64,000 nt of DNA from Anaeramoeba ignava BMAN (lineage: Eukaryota; Protista; Anaeramoebae). Position 1 is the stretch's first letter; each line of letters begins with the position of its first letter. A program made the translations under genes and the position numbers. The stretch spans positions 62,001 to 126,000 of the forward strand of contig JAPDFW010000074.1 of the NCBI GenBank assembly GCA_028826165.1, written 5' to 3'. The notes beneath the pieces are model-generated. The model was given only the letters and a program-made list of their open reading frames with translations. It did no database searches and had not been told where the DNA came from. Below, piece after piece: positions 24,694 through 38,300 of the stretch.

Positions 24694-27600
24694 ATGAATA
24701 AAATTCAAAAAGCTAATCAATTTCTTTTTGGAGTTTTAAATAAAAAAGATAATTTTGAAACTTCTCCTATTAAATTATCTAGGCGTCTTTGTAAAGTTTT
24801 AAATAAAATTGAACCAAATTCCATTAAAAAAATTTCAAAGTAAATTTCCCATTTTAAAAAATTTTTTTGCCTTTTTCTTATTTAAATTTTTTTACAACTA
24901 ATCAATTTATAAATTAAATTATAAAATTAAAATTATAAATAAAATTATAAATAAAATTATAAATAAAATTATAAATAAAATTATAAATAAAATTATAAAT
25001 AAAATTATAAATAAAATTATAAATAAATTATAAATAAAATTATAAATTAAAATTATAAATAAAATTATAAATTAAATTATAAATTAAATTATAAATTAAA
25101 ATTATAAATAAAATTATAAATTAAATTATAAATAAAATTATAAATAAAATTATAAATAAAATTATAAATTAAATTATAAATTAAATTATAAATAAAATTA
25201 TAAATAAAATTATAAATAAAATTATAAATAAAATTATAAATAAAATTATAAATAAAATTATAAATAAAATTATAAATAAAATTAAAATTATAAATAAAAT
25301 TATAAAAATAAAAATTATAAATAAAATTATAAATAAAATTATAAATAAAATTATAAATAAAATTATAAATAAAAATTATAAATAAAAATTATAAATAAAA
25401 TTATAAATAAAATTATAAATTAAAAATAAAATAAATTATAAATTAAAATTATAAATTAAAATAAATAAAAATTATAAATAAAATTATAAATAAAAATTAT
25501 AAATAAAATTATAAATTAAATAAAATAAAATTATAAATAAAAATTATAAATAAAATTATAAATAAATTAAATAAAATATAAATTAAATTATAAATAAAAT
25601 TTATAAATAAAATTATAAATAAAATTATAAATTAAAATTATAAATAAAATTATAAATTAAATTATAAATAAAATTATAAATTTAAATAAATAAAATTATA
25701 AATAAAATTATAAATTAAAATTATAAAATAAAATTATAAATAAAATTATAAATTAAATTAATAAATTAAATTATAAATTAAATTATAAATTAAAATTATA
25801 AATAAAATTATAAATAAAATTATAAATTAAAATTATAAATTAAAATTATAAATAAAATTATAAATAAAAATTATAAATAAAATTATAAATAAAATTATAA
25901 ATAAAATTATAAATAAAATTATAAATTAATTTAAAATAAAATAAAATTAAATTAGAAATAAAATTATAAAATAAAAAAATTTTAAATTAAAAATAAAAAA
26001 TTATAAATAAAAAATATAAATAAAATTATAAAAAAAAAAAATTATAAATAAAATTATAAATTAAATTATAAATTAAATTATAAATAAAATTATAAAAATT
26101 TATAAATAAAATTATAAATTAAATTATAAATAAATTATAAATTAAAATTATAAATAAAATTATAAATTAAAATATAAATTAAATAATAAATAAAATTATA
26201 AAAAAAATTATAAATAAAAATATAAATTAAATTATAAATTAAATTATAAATTAAAATTATAAATTAAAATTATAAATTAAATTATAAATAAAAATTATAA
26301 ATTAAATTATAAATTAAATTATAAATTAAATTATAAAATTAAATTATAAATTAAATTATAAATAAAAAAAATAAAAATTAAAATAAAATTATAAATAAAA
26401 ATTATAAATTATTAAATTATAAATTAAATTATAAAATTATAAATTAATTATAAATTAAAAATTATAAATAAAATTATAAATAAAATTATAAATTAAATTA
26501 TAAATAAAAATATAAATAAAATTATAAATTAATAAAAATAAATATATAAATTTAAATTATAAATAAAATTATAAATAAAATTATAAATTAAATTATAAAT
26601 AAAATTATAAATTAAATTATAAATTAAATTATAAATAAAATTATAAATTAAATTATAAATTAAATTATAAATAAAATTATAAATAAAATTATAAATAAAA
26701 TTATAAATAAAATTATAAATAAAATTATAAATTAAATTATAAATAAAATTATAAATAAAATTATAAATAAAATTATAAATAAAATTATAAATTAAAATAA
26801 ATAAAATTATAAATTTCTAAATAAATAAAATTATAAATAAAATTATAAATAAAATTATAAATTTCTAAATAAATAAAATTATAAATTAAAAAATAAAGAA
26901 CAAACTCAAATGAAAACTTCCAAAACTTCATCTCTGCTTGTTCCAAAATCAAAATTATCGATTCAGAAAATATAAAAACAACAGATAACGAAACACTTGC
27001 AGAAATAGTTGTCAAATTACAACAATATTACGAAGAAGTTGTAATTCAATCCCCAAAACAAAAATCATCAAAAATGGAAAAATTAAGCCCAAAAAGCCCA
27101 AAAAGAGAATTCTCATCAGAACAAATCATGACAATAATATCAAACAGAATTGAGCAATCAAAAAAAGAAATGCAAGAAGTGGAAAATTCAAAGTTAAACG
27201 ATAATTTCCTTTTAGGAAAAGAAGTATCAAAAGATTTAACATCATGGTCTCCAATAATTCCACAACTCAAAACAAGATCAGCATTTGATTCATCACCATT
27301 TAGTTCTCCATTTGATTCTCCACATATTCAAAAAAAGGAAAATAACGATGAACAAAACATCCAAAAAAACGAACATTTACTTGAACTAATAAAACAAAAA
27401 TTCGCCAGTGATTCATGCAGTTTTGATGCTTCAGTACTTACTGAATATGGAAAAGCAACACAAAGCACAATAACAATTACAAACAAAAACATCACAATGG
27501 CGATCCAAGGAGGAATTACATTTACAAAACAATTCAACATAAATAAACCGTTCAATATCTTGCTGAGTTTATCAAAAACCAACATTTTCAAGCTTGTTTT

Positions 27601-30600
27601 CTCAAAAACTTCGTTCGTTGTTCAAATGCGAAATGAAACGGAAAGATATATTTTTTACAAAGTTTTTTCACTTTTTCAAACGTATCAAGGAGAAGTAGGA
27701 GAAAACAACTTAATCTCGGGCAAAATCATCGGGATTGAAGAGGAAATTGATGCTTTGGCAAGAAAATGCAAAGCAAAAAATCAAGCAGTTTTTCCTGTGC
27801 GTGTCATTGTGTCAAAAACAAATACTGCACCTGCTGTTCTTCGCATTTCTCAAAATAACATCAATTTGTCTTCAATGAGTTTGTCCCCAATCGTTTTTTC
27901 TTGGAACTCTTTTGTCTTCCGCGTTGTGGAATACACAAACAATGCTCTGCAAATACAGGCGATTCCGCTGTCTTCAAATGAAAAAAATGAACAGCCAAAA
28001 ACAAGTATTGTTCTTGATTGCGAAACTTTCCAAAAACGTCGGTTAATTTCAAAATGCATTTCCGAATTTACTCACTCTGATGTTTTTGGAATTGAAGCCC
28101 AGCGTTCGGAGACGAAAAACATTGGGATTCAATCAACAGATGTTGAGTCTTTTGGGAAAAATAACGGAAGTACTCTGATTGATTTCGTTGATTCAAAAAT
28201 ACCAAGTGTTTCAATTGCAGAATTTAGTGTAATTGATGGCGAGCCTAAAATTTTGCTTTCAAATTCAGTGAAAGAATCTTTAACTTCGCCTTTATTATCG
28301 TTAGAAAACCAAGACATTGTGAAAAAAATCAATTTTCAAGTTAACAAACTTTGCAAAGAAAATCATGCAAGTTTCCAAGTCAAAATTAGCGGAATCCAAA
28401 ACCAATCCGCAAAATTGACACTTAATTCAAAACAACTTGAAATTCTCCCAAAAGATATCGGATCTAAATTTGTTTGTCCTTTTCCTGGAAAGCAGAGACT
28501 GTTTTTAAATCCTTCCAAAGAAAGATATTTTGTTTTGCAAATTTCCTCTGAAAAGCGATTTATTTTGAAAGCAAAATCCTCTTTTGATCGTGATTTGATA
28601 AGAAACATTTTTTGGAATTTCAACCAACCCAAAAATAGCGAAAGTAATCAATCCCAAATTTGGCCGCCAGCAATGACTTGTGAGAAAAAAACAGGGAAAA
28701 AAGAAGAAAAACCCAAATATAAAATGCAAAACAAAATGAAGAAATTTTTCGAACAAAATTACAAATCAATTTATGAATATCCCGTCAAAGAAGAAAAGAA
28801 ACAAAAAAAAACAAGGCGAATAAAACTGGAAAAATTGGATATGAAAGAATTCTCGTTTCCAATTAAAAGTTCTTGATTCATTTAACGATATTTCCGGCAC
28901 ACTTGAAATTGGACTTTTTGATGATCACTTTGAAATCGAATTTTCATTAACGGAATCACATATGAGCTCTGGAATAGAAAAAACATCGCCAACATCAACA
29001 ATTGCTCGCAAATACAATCCTTATTCATTATTACTTATTAACAATAACAGAGAATCCCTTATTGGAAAACTAGTTATTGATGAGAAATTCCATCTGAAGG
29101 TTCTGTTTCCAAATCAGGAAGTTCGAAGTATTTTTGCGTCTTCATTTCTTGCCAAAAAGACACTGAATCTCGGCATTTCATCAAACAATTCTTGCAAATA
29201 TTCATGCACACTTTCAACCCCAATTGGAATGGTTGATTCTGTTGTGAAAGTTGCACAGAATTATTTCGCAATTAAATCCCCAACAGATTCTTTTTCTGTT
29301 GTTTTCTCTCCTTTTACAATCGCAAAACGCATTGATGAAAAGACTATCAAAATCAGTCTCCAAACAACTTATTATGTCGATTTACTGTTCAAAGATAAAG
29401 ATGAAGCAAACCAATTTTTTTGGCAATTCACAAACAACAAATTTTCCACAATTTCGCAAGTTATGAGCAAATCGTTCAAAAAATATCGAGTTTCGACGCT
29501 TTCGAAATCAAAAAAATTCGAAAAATCACATATTCTTCTTACTCAAGACAGACTTATTATTATCAACCAGGATTACATTGGTTTTCTTTCGTTGAAAAAA
29601 TTCCCCAGTTTTTATCTTAAGGAAAATGATTTCGTTAAAATTGAAACTTTCGAAAACAGCCAAAGAAAAACTTTTGTGCTAAAATTTTCAAATCCGCAAA
29701 AAAGAGAAAGATTCTATAAAGATACAACTCTTGTTGGAAACCAAATCATCCGCGAAATTTTAAATGAAAAAGAACAAAATATTTTCCAAGTCGAGTTTTT
29801 TGATGATCCAAAAGGATCTAAATCAAAAATCACCATTTTAAACGATGAAGTTATTTTGGATCAATCAACAAACCAAATTAAGAAAAATATTTTTGGAGCG
29901 CAATTACTTTCTCATTTGGATCAACCTCTTCTTTTCAGAATGGTGTTTGCAAATCCAAAACAAAGCTTTATTTTCTCTTTGAAAAAAAACGAAGAAGAAA
30001 AAAGAGAATTTTTCATCAAATTATTCAATTATCAAGTTTTTAATGCTGGGAAATCAATTGAAGAAAAAAATCAAAATTCAGATTCAAAAATCAAATTTTC
30101 AGTTTCCATTTTGAATGAGGAATTGCAACAAATAAATTATGGAGATGTTTTTTTCGAGGAAGATCGATTGATTTTCAAATCTCAAGAATCAACATTCAAA
30201 ATCAAATATGATAAAATTGAAAAAATGCAAAAAACAATAGAAAATTCAAATCATATCAGAGTTCAAAGTATGAAAAGATCGCCTATATTTTTGTTTAAAT
30301 CACACGATGATTTGGTTCAATTTTTAAATTTGATGAAACTTTACAAACCAAAAAATTGTTGGGTTGTTTCTGTTCTTGATGAAGAAGATAACATACTTTA
30401 TCAAATCAAGTTGAAAGTTAAAGAAGATGTTCTTATTATTGATGATTATAACGAAACCAATTCAATTCCAATCAAGGAAATCAAAATTGCAAGAACCGAA
30501 TTCAATAACAGCAAAATCAAGATGAATTATAAATCAATCTCAACAGTTTTTCTTTTTTCTTCTCCTTTAGCAACCAATCAATTTATTAATTCAATTAATA

Positions 30601-30872
30601 ATCATTATATTTTCCAAAATTTCTTTGTTATTTTTGATGATAAAAAATCTGTTCCTAAAACTATTCTTTTGAAAATTCAAAATCATGGAATTGAAATGAA
30701 AATTTCTGAAGAAGAAATAATTAACATCCCAATTAATGAAATTGAATTATTTGTTGATTCCAGTATTCTTAAGAAAATTTTATTAAAACATAATGATCAA
30801 GAATATATTCTTTTATTTCCATCAATTAGTCAAGCCAAGTATTTTCATCGTTCATTTTATTATTTGGCTTAA
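24694..30872 (+). CDS. Large protein: N-terminal calponin-homology-like domain plus multiple tandem PH-like beta domains (one +1 frame break at ~28868)
   Basis: Exon 24694-24839 splices to 26899 giving 'LCKVLNKIEPNSIKKISKTNSNENFQNFISACSKI' (CH-like). ORFs 27074-28876 and 28962-30872 join after removing one base ('FPIK|VLDSFNDISGTLEIGLFDDHFEIEF'). Confidence 0.65.
24905..26890 (+). repeat. Intronic 11-12 bp microsatellite (ATAAATAAAATT)n, ~2 kb
   Basis: Lies between the GT donor at 24840 and the AG acceptor ending at 26898. Confidence 0.9.
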
Positions 30873-31265
30873 AAAGTTTTAATTAAAAAATTAAATAAAA
30901 CTTTTAAATAAAACTTTTAAATAAAAATTTTAATTAAAAATAAATCCCCCAATTAAATAAAAAAATTTAATTAAAAATTTAATTAAAATTTAAAGAAAGA
31001 TCAAATAAAAGAAAGTAAATAAAAAATATAAATATGATCAAATAAAAGAAAAGAAGCAATTTCATTTAATTAAAAAAAAAAAGCAAAAAAAAAAAAAAGA
31101 ATTTAAATTGGTTTCTTGTTTTTGTCAAAACAGAGTAATTTACTTTCTTCTCTTTTTTTGTTTTTGTTTTCCTTAAAAAAAAATATAACAAAAAGAAAAG
31201 AAAAGAAAAGAAAAGAAAAGAAAAGAATTGAATTGAATTGAATTGAATTGAATTGAATTGAATTT

Positions 31266-34200
31266 TTAAACATCAATATTTTGATTATTTTGGTTTTCGT
31301 TATCTTGAATTTCTTCATCTTGAATTTGATTATCTTGATTTTCTTGAATTTGATTTTGATTTTGATTATCTTGACTTTCTTCATTATCTTGATTTTCTTG
31401 AATTTGATTTTGATTTTGATTTTGATTTTAATTTTGATTTTGATTTTAATTTTGATTTTAATTTTGATTATCTTGACTTTCTTCATTATCTTGAATTTGA
31501 TTATCTTGAGTTTCTTCATTATCTTGATTTTGATTATCTTGATTTTGATTATCTTGAATTTGAATTTGATTTTGATTTTGATTATCTTGATTTTCATTTT
31601 GTTGATTTTGAATTTGATTTTGAATTTGATTTTCTTGATTATTTTGATTTTGATTTTCATTTTGATTTTGATTTTGATTTTGATTTTGATTTTGATTATC
31701 TTGATTTTGATTTTCTTGAATTTGATTTTGATTATCTTGATTTTGATTTTGATTTTCATTTTGATTTTCTTGAATTTGAATTTGATTTTGATTTTGATTA
31801 TCTTGACTTTCTTCTCCATCTTCTCCTAAAATGGTATTTGGATTTAAATACTGAGATTGAGGTTTTCTTTTATGAAAAACTAAACGACCATGTTTATATT
31901 GAGTTACATTCTCCATCTTGAAATTCATTTTCAGGAACTTAGAAACACCTCTTCGAGCATTATAAGATTTTCTTTGGAAAAAACCAAGATCAACTTTCTG
32001 GGGGAAAGTAACTCTTGCCATGATCCAAAAAACACGGTTATCAATTGATATTGCACTGGGAACTTGACCTGTTTCTCGAAATTTCATGAAAGTTTGAGAA
32101 TCCCAACCGTCGAAGAGCTCTTCAAAGAACTCTGCAATTTTATCCAATCTTTCCCCTATTCTTGGCTTTGGTTTTTTACCAAAAAATTTGATCAACTCTT
32201 TTTGATGTGGAAATGTATCTAAAATTCCTTTTTCCTTTGTAATTTCTGAATCTCCTTCTTTCGTGCTTTTTTCCGTTGAATTTTTCTCCTTTTTAGACGA
32301 TTTATAGGAGTTTATTTTTAATCCACTTTCAGATTTTCTGTGGTGATGATGATCCACTTTTTCCTTTTTGGATCCTTTTTGGGTTAAATCAATTGAATCG
32401 GAAATTTTTGTGAAATTTTCATTATAAACATCATCATTTGGATCATAAGTTTCAACGTTATCAAAATAATCACCATCATTATCATTCATTTCATTATCAC
32501 TATAATCGTTTTCTTCAACATTGCGTCGTGATCTGTTGCGAGTATTGTAGACTTTCTTTTTGTTTTTGCTTATTTTTTTGTCTTGTTTTTGATTTTCAAA
32601 ATTTTGTTCATTTTTTGGACTTGTTTTGTTATCATAAAGTATTTGATGAATATTTCCATTTAGAAAGGGAATGTTTCGATGTTCTTTTTCCTGGGGTTTA
32701 TTTGTAACGTCTGGTGTGTTTGAAAGCTTCTGCATTCCAGCCACAATGGACATTTCTAACGGACTTAATTTTTGGAAAGTTTCAAATTGTTGATTATTCA
32801 AAATATTTGCAGCATAATTTTGTTGAGGAATAAAAAATTCGTTTGCAAACCGCATTCTTTCAGTCATGTTTTCGTCTTGGTTCATCATCCCAAATGGAAT
32901 TTTTGGTATTGCTTCCTGCATTTCTTGTGGATTCTTTTCGTCCATTTTTTGCATTTCCAAATTCATTTCTCTTTGATTACTTGAAATTCCATTATTTGAT
33001 GATAAAAATTCTGTGTTTCCGTTTTTTTCTGTTGGTGTTGTCATCTGTTGTGCATGTTTTGTTCCGTTTAATGGTGACTCCCCTTTCATTTGATTGTTGT
33101 AATAACTTGTAAATGCTTCTTCATTGTAAGTTGCCATTGGATTTTGAAGAAAATTGTTGAGTTGATTTGGAATGTAATTTGGAATAAATTTTGGAGATTC
33201 GTTTTGATTTTGATTTTGATTTTCTTTTTGATTTTGATTTTGATTTTCAATTTGATTTTCAATTTCTTTTTGATTTTCTTTTTGATTTTCTTTTTGATTT
33301 TCAATTTCTTTTTGATTTTGATTTTCTTTTTGATTTTCTTTTTGATTTTCAATTTCATTTTCAATTTCTTTTTGATTTTCTTTTTGATTTTCTTTTTGAT
33401 TTTCTTTTTGATTTTTAATTTGATTTTGATTTGAATTATTACTTTTTTGTGATACTTGAGCAAAATTCTTATCAGAAAAATTGGATTGAGAAATCCCATT
33501 CAAATTTTGGTTATTAGGATCAAAAGGAGGGAAAAATCTGGAAAGATAATAAGGAGTATTCATTGCAAGAAACTGTTGGTAAATTTGGTTATTTGAAGGT
33601 ATATAATTAGCAAAAGGGGATTGTGAATTAGAATTATCAAAAAAAGAATTGGATTGAATTTGGGAAGGATAAAAACCATTTGGAGGAAAAATAGGGAAAT
33701 TTAACGGAAAAGGGGGAATAGGAAGTTGATGAGGAGAATTAAGAGAATCAGAATTGCGATCTAAATTTTGCTTTTGGTCTTTGGGGGATTGAGTTTGTGT
33801 TTTACTAACTGGGATTTGATGAATAAATTCGTTTGAATTGTGAACTTTTTTGCTATTTATAGATTGAATAGGTGAAAAATTCGGAGTGTCATTTGTTGTT
33901 TTTTTTATAGGTTTTGAGATTGTTTTTGGGGAAGATTGTAGAGGCAATGTACTTGCTTTTTGAGGTTCAGTTTTAGACGGAATTGCTAAATGTATATTCT
34001 CAATAATTTTTGAAGGATCAGAATTTGAGACAATTTCTTCATCAGAACTGTAGCGAAGTCCAGTAGTTTTCTTTTGGTTTTGTTGTTTTTTCAAAAAACT
34101 TTGTTGGTTTTTTTGCTTTTTACTTTTTTTATTGCTTTTTTTTGACTTTTTAACTGAACTTTCTTTTTGCACTTCATTTTGTTTATTGTTTTCTTTTTTG

Positions 34201-34583
34201 AGTTCCTTTTCAAACTCCCTTTCGAAATGCTTTTCTTTTTGTTTGATTTGATTTTTGAGGAAAGATTTGTCTTGGTTTCTAGTCAACATATTATAGGAAT
34301 GTTGTTGGAAATTTTCAAACGGTTCTTTTCGTTTTTTTTGGAGTTGATTGGTTAATTCAGTTTCATTTAATGAATTTTTTGAATCAAAAGTAGTTGAATC
34401 AAACTCGATCAAATTTGATTCGTTTTTGGAAGTTTCAATTTGTTTTTCTTTAAGTTGATTTTCCTTTAGCTGTTCTAGTTGATTTTGTGAATATGCAAAA
34501 GTTGATTTTGGTCTTAAATTTTGTTTTTTCGATTGATCGATTAAATAAAGGTTTCGTGGATCGATTTGTGAATAGAATGTCAT
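31266..34583 (-). CDS. Q/N-rich low-complexity protein with a basic globular domain near the C-terminus (possible transcription regulator)
   Basis: The ORF track gives 1041 aa ending at 31458, but the same coding repeat continues in frame to a TAA at 31268-31266. The ordered domain lies at about 31860-32220. Confidence 0.6.
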
Positions 34584-35249
34584 ATTTAGAAATTGTAGAA
34601 AATGATAAATTTTTTAAAAAAAAATTTTGTGAAAAAAAAATAACAAAAAAATTTTTTTTTCAAAAGAAAAAAAATGAAGAACTATTTTTGTTTTTTTTTT
34701 TTATTTTTAAATTAAAAAGTTTTTTTTATTTTTTTTTTTTTTTTAATTAAAAATTTTTTTTATTTTGTCGAGTTGTTCAATTTTTTGAATTAATTTTATT
34801 TATTTTAAAATTAATTCTATTCATAAAATTGTGAAAATTATAACTTATAAATTCTTCACTTTTTTTTTTTCCTTTTTTTTTTTTACTTTTTATTTTATTT
34901 TTATTTATTTTTTGTTAATCTTTATTTAAAAAAAATTTTTTAATAAAAAAATAAAACTATTTTAATTTAAAAAAATATTAGAAAATGAATAAAAATTATT
35001 CTATTAATTAATAAAAAATTTTTTTATTGATCAATTATTTCAAATTAAAATAAAAAAATAAAAAAAATAAAAATAAAAAATAAAAAAAATTGTTAACAAT
35101 TTTTACTTTGATTTTGCTTTATAATTTTTTAATTTATAATTTTTTCTTAATTTTTTAATTTAATTTTTCTTAATTTTTTTTTTTGAAATGTTCTTTGTTT
35201 TTAAAATAAAATAAATTTAAAATAATTAAATAAAGAACTTATTTTGTTT

Positions 35250-35320
35250 TTCTTCATTTTTTTTTCTTCATTTTTTTTTCTTCATTTTTTTTTCATTTTT
35301 TTTTCATTTTTTTTTATTTT
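35250..35320 (+). promoter_or_regulatory. Tandem TCATTTT initiator-like motifs upstream of ATG16
   Basis: Five TTCATTTTTTT units immediately 5' of ATG 35326. Confidence 0.65.
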
Positions 35321-35325
35321 TATTT

Positions 35326-38300
35326 ATGAATTCAAATTCTTTTCAAATTGAAATTTTACAAAAACTTTCTCAAAGAAATCAAAGTGAAAAAACTAAATTT
35401 ATCCCTATTTATCAAATTATTCAACAAACACAAGAAAAAAATGAAGAAAACAAACAAAAACAAAAAAATTTACAACAATTTATTTTAACAATAATTTCTG
35501 AAAACAATTCTTTTAAAACACATGTTGAAAGTTTACAAAAAAGAACAACAAACACAGAAAATTTAAGCAAAGAAATTTCTCAATTAAAAAACGAACAAGA
35601 AAAACTAATTCAATCTTTAAAAACAAAAACTGAAGAAGCAAAAGGAAGTGAAAATAAATTAACCGTTTTAAAAACAAAACTAGAAAATCTAACAAATGAT
35701 AGCAACGAAATTAAAGCAATTTGGAATAAATCAAAGAAAGAAAAACAAGAAAAAGAAGAAAAGTTTATTAAATTTAAAACGGAATTTGATAATTTGGATA
35801 AAACTTTTTTGAGTTTGAAATCCGAACTTCAAAAAATGCAAAATTTAATTGAAAAAAATCAAACTGAATTATCTGAACTTATTGAAACTAATAAACATAT
35901 TTCTGAAGCTATTTCTTCTTCTTCTTTGAATAAGTTACTTCAAGAAATGTCTGTTAATGAAGAAAAAATGAAGCAAGCCGATAAACGGAATTCTTTTATT
36001 TCTGAAGCTCAAAAAAATGTTAATGGAAAAGTAACTGTTGAGCGTTTAAAATCTGTGTAAATCATTTAAGTCTACAATTTCAATTTCAATTTCAATTTCA
36101 ATTTCAATTTCAAAATTTTAAATCTAAATTTTAATTTTAAATCTAAATCTAAATCTAAATCTAAATCTAAATCTAAATCTAAATCTAAATCTAAATCTAA
36201 ATCTAAATCTAAATCTAAATCTAAATCTAAATCTAAATCTAAATCTAAATCTAAATCTAAATCTAAATCTAAATCTAAATCTAAATCTAAATCCAAATCT
36301 AAATCTAAATCTAAATCTAAATCTAAATCTAAATATAAATCTAAATCTAAATATAAATCTAAATCTAAATCTAAATCTAAATCTAAATCCAAATCTAAAT
36401 CTAAATCAATTTTAATTCAATTTTAATTCAATTTTAATTCAATTTTAATTCAATTTTAATTCAATTTTAATTCAATTTTAATTCAATTTTAAACTAAATT
36501 TTTAAAAATTCAATTTTAATTCAATTTTAATTCAATTTTAATTCAATTTTAAATTAATTTTAATTCAATTTTAATTCAATTTTAATTCAATTTTAAATCA
36601 ATTTTAATTTAATTTGGAAATAATATAATTTAATCATAATCATAATTAAAATTAAAATTAAAATTAAAATTAAAATTAAAATTAAAAATCCAACTCATTT
36701 AAAATTTAAATTCCTATTAAAATTCCAACTAATGAAAATTAAAATTCCAAATAATTTAATTCAAGTGGTGATCATAATAAGGATCATAATAAGGATCATA
36801 ATTAAAATTTAAATTAAAATTCAAATTCAAATTAAAATTAACATTAAAATTAAAATTAAAATTAAAATTCAAATTAAAATTAAAATTAAAATTCAAATTA
36901 AAATTCAAATTAAAATTCAAATTAAAATTCAAATTAAAATTCAAATTAAAATTAAAATTAAAATTCAAATTAAAATTAAAATTAAAATTAAAATTCAAAA
37001 TTAAAATTAAAATTCAAATTAAAATTAACATTCATATAGCAAATAAAATTTAATCAATTATAAAAATAATTAAAATCCCAGATAAAATTCAAATAACAAA
37101 TAATTTAATTGAAAATTAAAATTCCAAATAAAATTTAATTTAAGATTTAATTTAAAAATTCACAATTCAAAAACAAAAATAAAAACAAATTCGATCGTTT
37201 AGATTTCCAGTTATTTTCAAACTTCCAGAAAAACCATTAAAAACAATACAGGTTTATAAATTTTAAATAATTTTTTTATAAATAATTGAATTCAAATTTT
37301 GCTTATTCAAAAAATAATAAAAAATTTTTTAAATACTCCAAAAACAACAAAAAACAAAAAACAAAAAAGAAACCTCATGAAAATGATATTCTTTGTTTAA
37401 AATATTCAGATGATGGATTATTTTTTGCTACTGGAGGTTCAGATTCAATTGTTAAAATTTGGGATTCAAAAGTTGGCACTGTATTTAATTTTTGGAAAAA
37501 CAAATTTTTTAATTGAAAAAAAAAATAACAAAATTTAATTCCTTTTTTTAAACAAAAAAAAAAGTTAACTCAAGAATTAACTGGTGCTTTATCAGGTGTA
37601 AATTGTCTTGATGTTACTTTGAATGAACATGTTCTTGGAGGTGGAAATGAAGGAAAAATTGATGTTTGGAATTTAAATACTGGGAAATTATCAGTAAATA
37701 TAAATATAAATATTAAATATAAATCTAAATTAAATTTAAAATCAAAATCAAAATCAAAATCAAAATCAAAATCAAAATCAAAATCTAAATCAAAATCAAA
37801 ATCAAAATCAAAATTAAAATCAAAATTAAAATCTAAATCAAAATCTAAATTAAAATCAAAATTAAATAAAAAATCAAAATATTAAAATCAAAATCAAAAT
37901 CAAAAATTAAATATTAAAAATTAAATAAAATCAAAATCAAAATCAAAAATAAAAATTAAATATTAAATATTAAATATTAAAAAATAAAATAAAAATTAAA
38001 AATCAAAAATCAAAATCAAAATCAAAATCAAAATTAAATTAAAATAAAATTAAATATTAAATCAAAATCAAAATCTAAATTAAAATCAAAATCAAAATCA
38101 AAATCAAAATCAAAATCTAAATTAAAATCAAAATTAAAATCTAAATCAAAATCTAAATTAAAATATAAATATAAATCAAAATGAAAATCAAAATTAAAAT
38201 CAAAATTAAAATCTAAATCAAAATCTAAATCAAAATCAAAATTAAAATCAAAATCAAAATCAAAATCAATTAAAATTAAATATAAAATATAAATCTAAAT

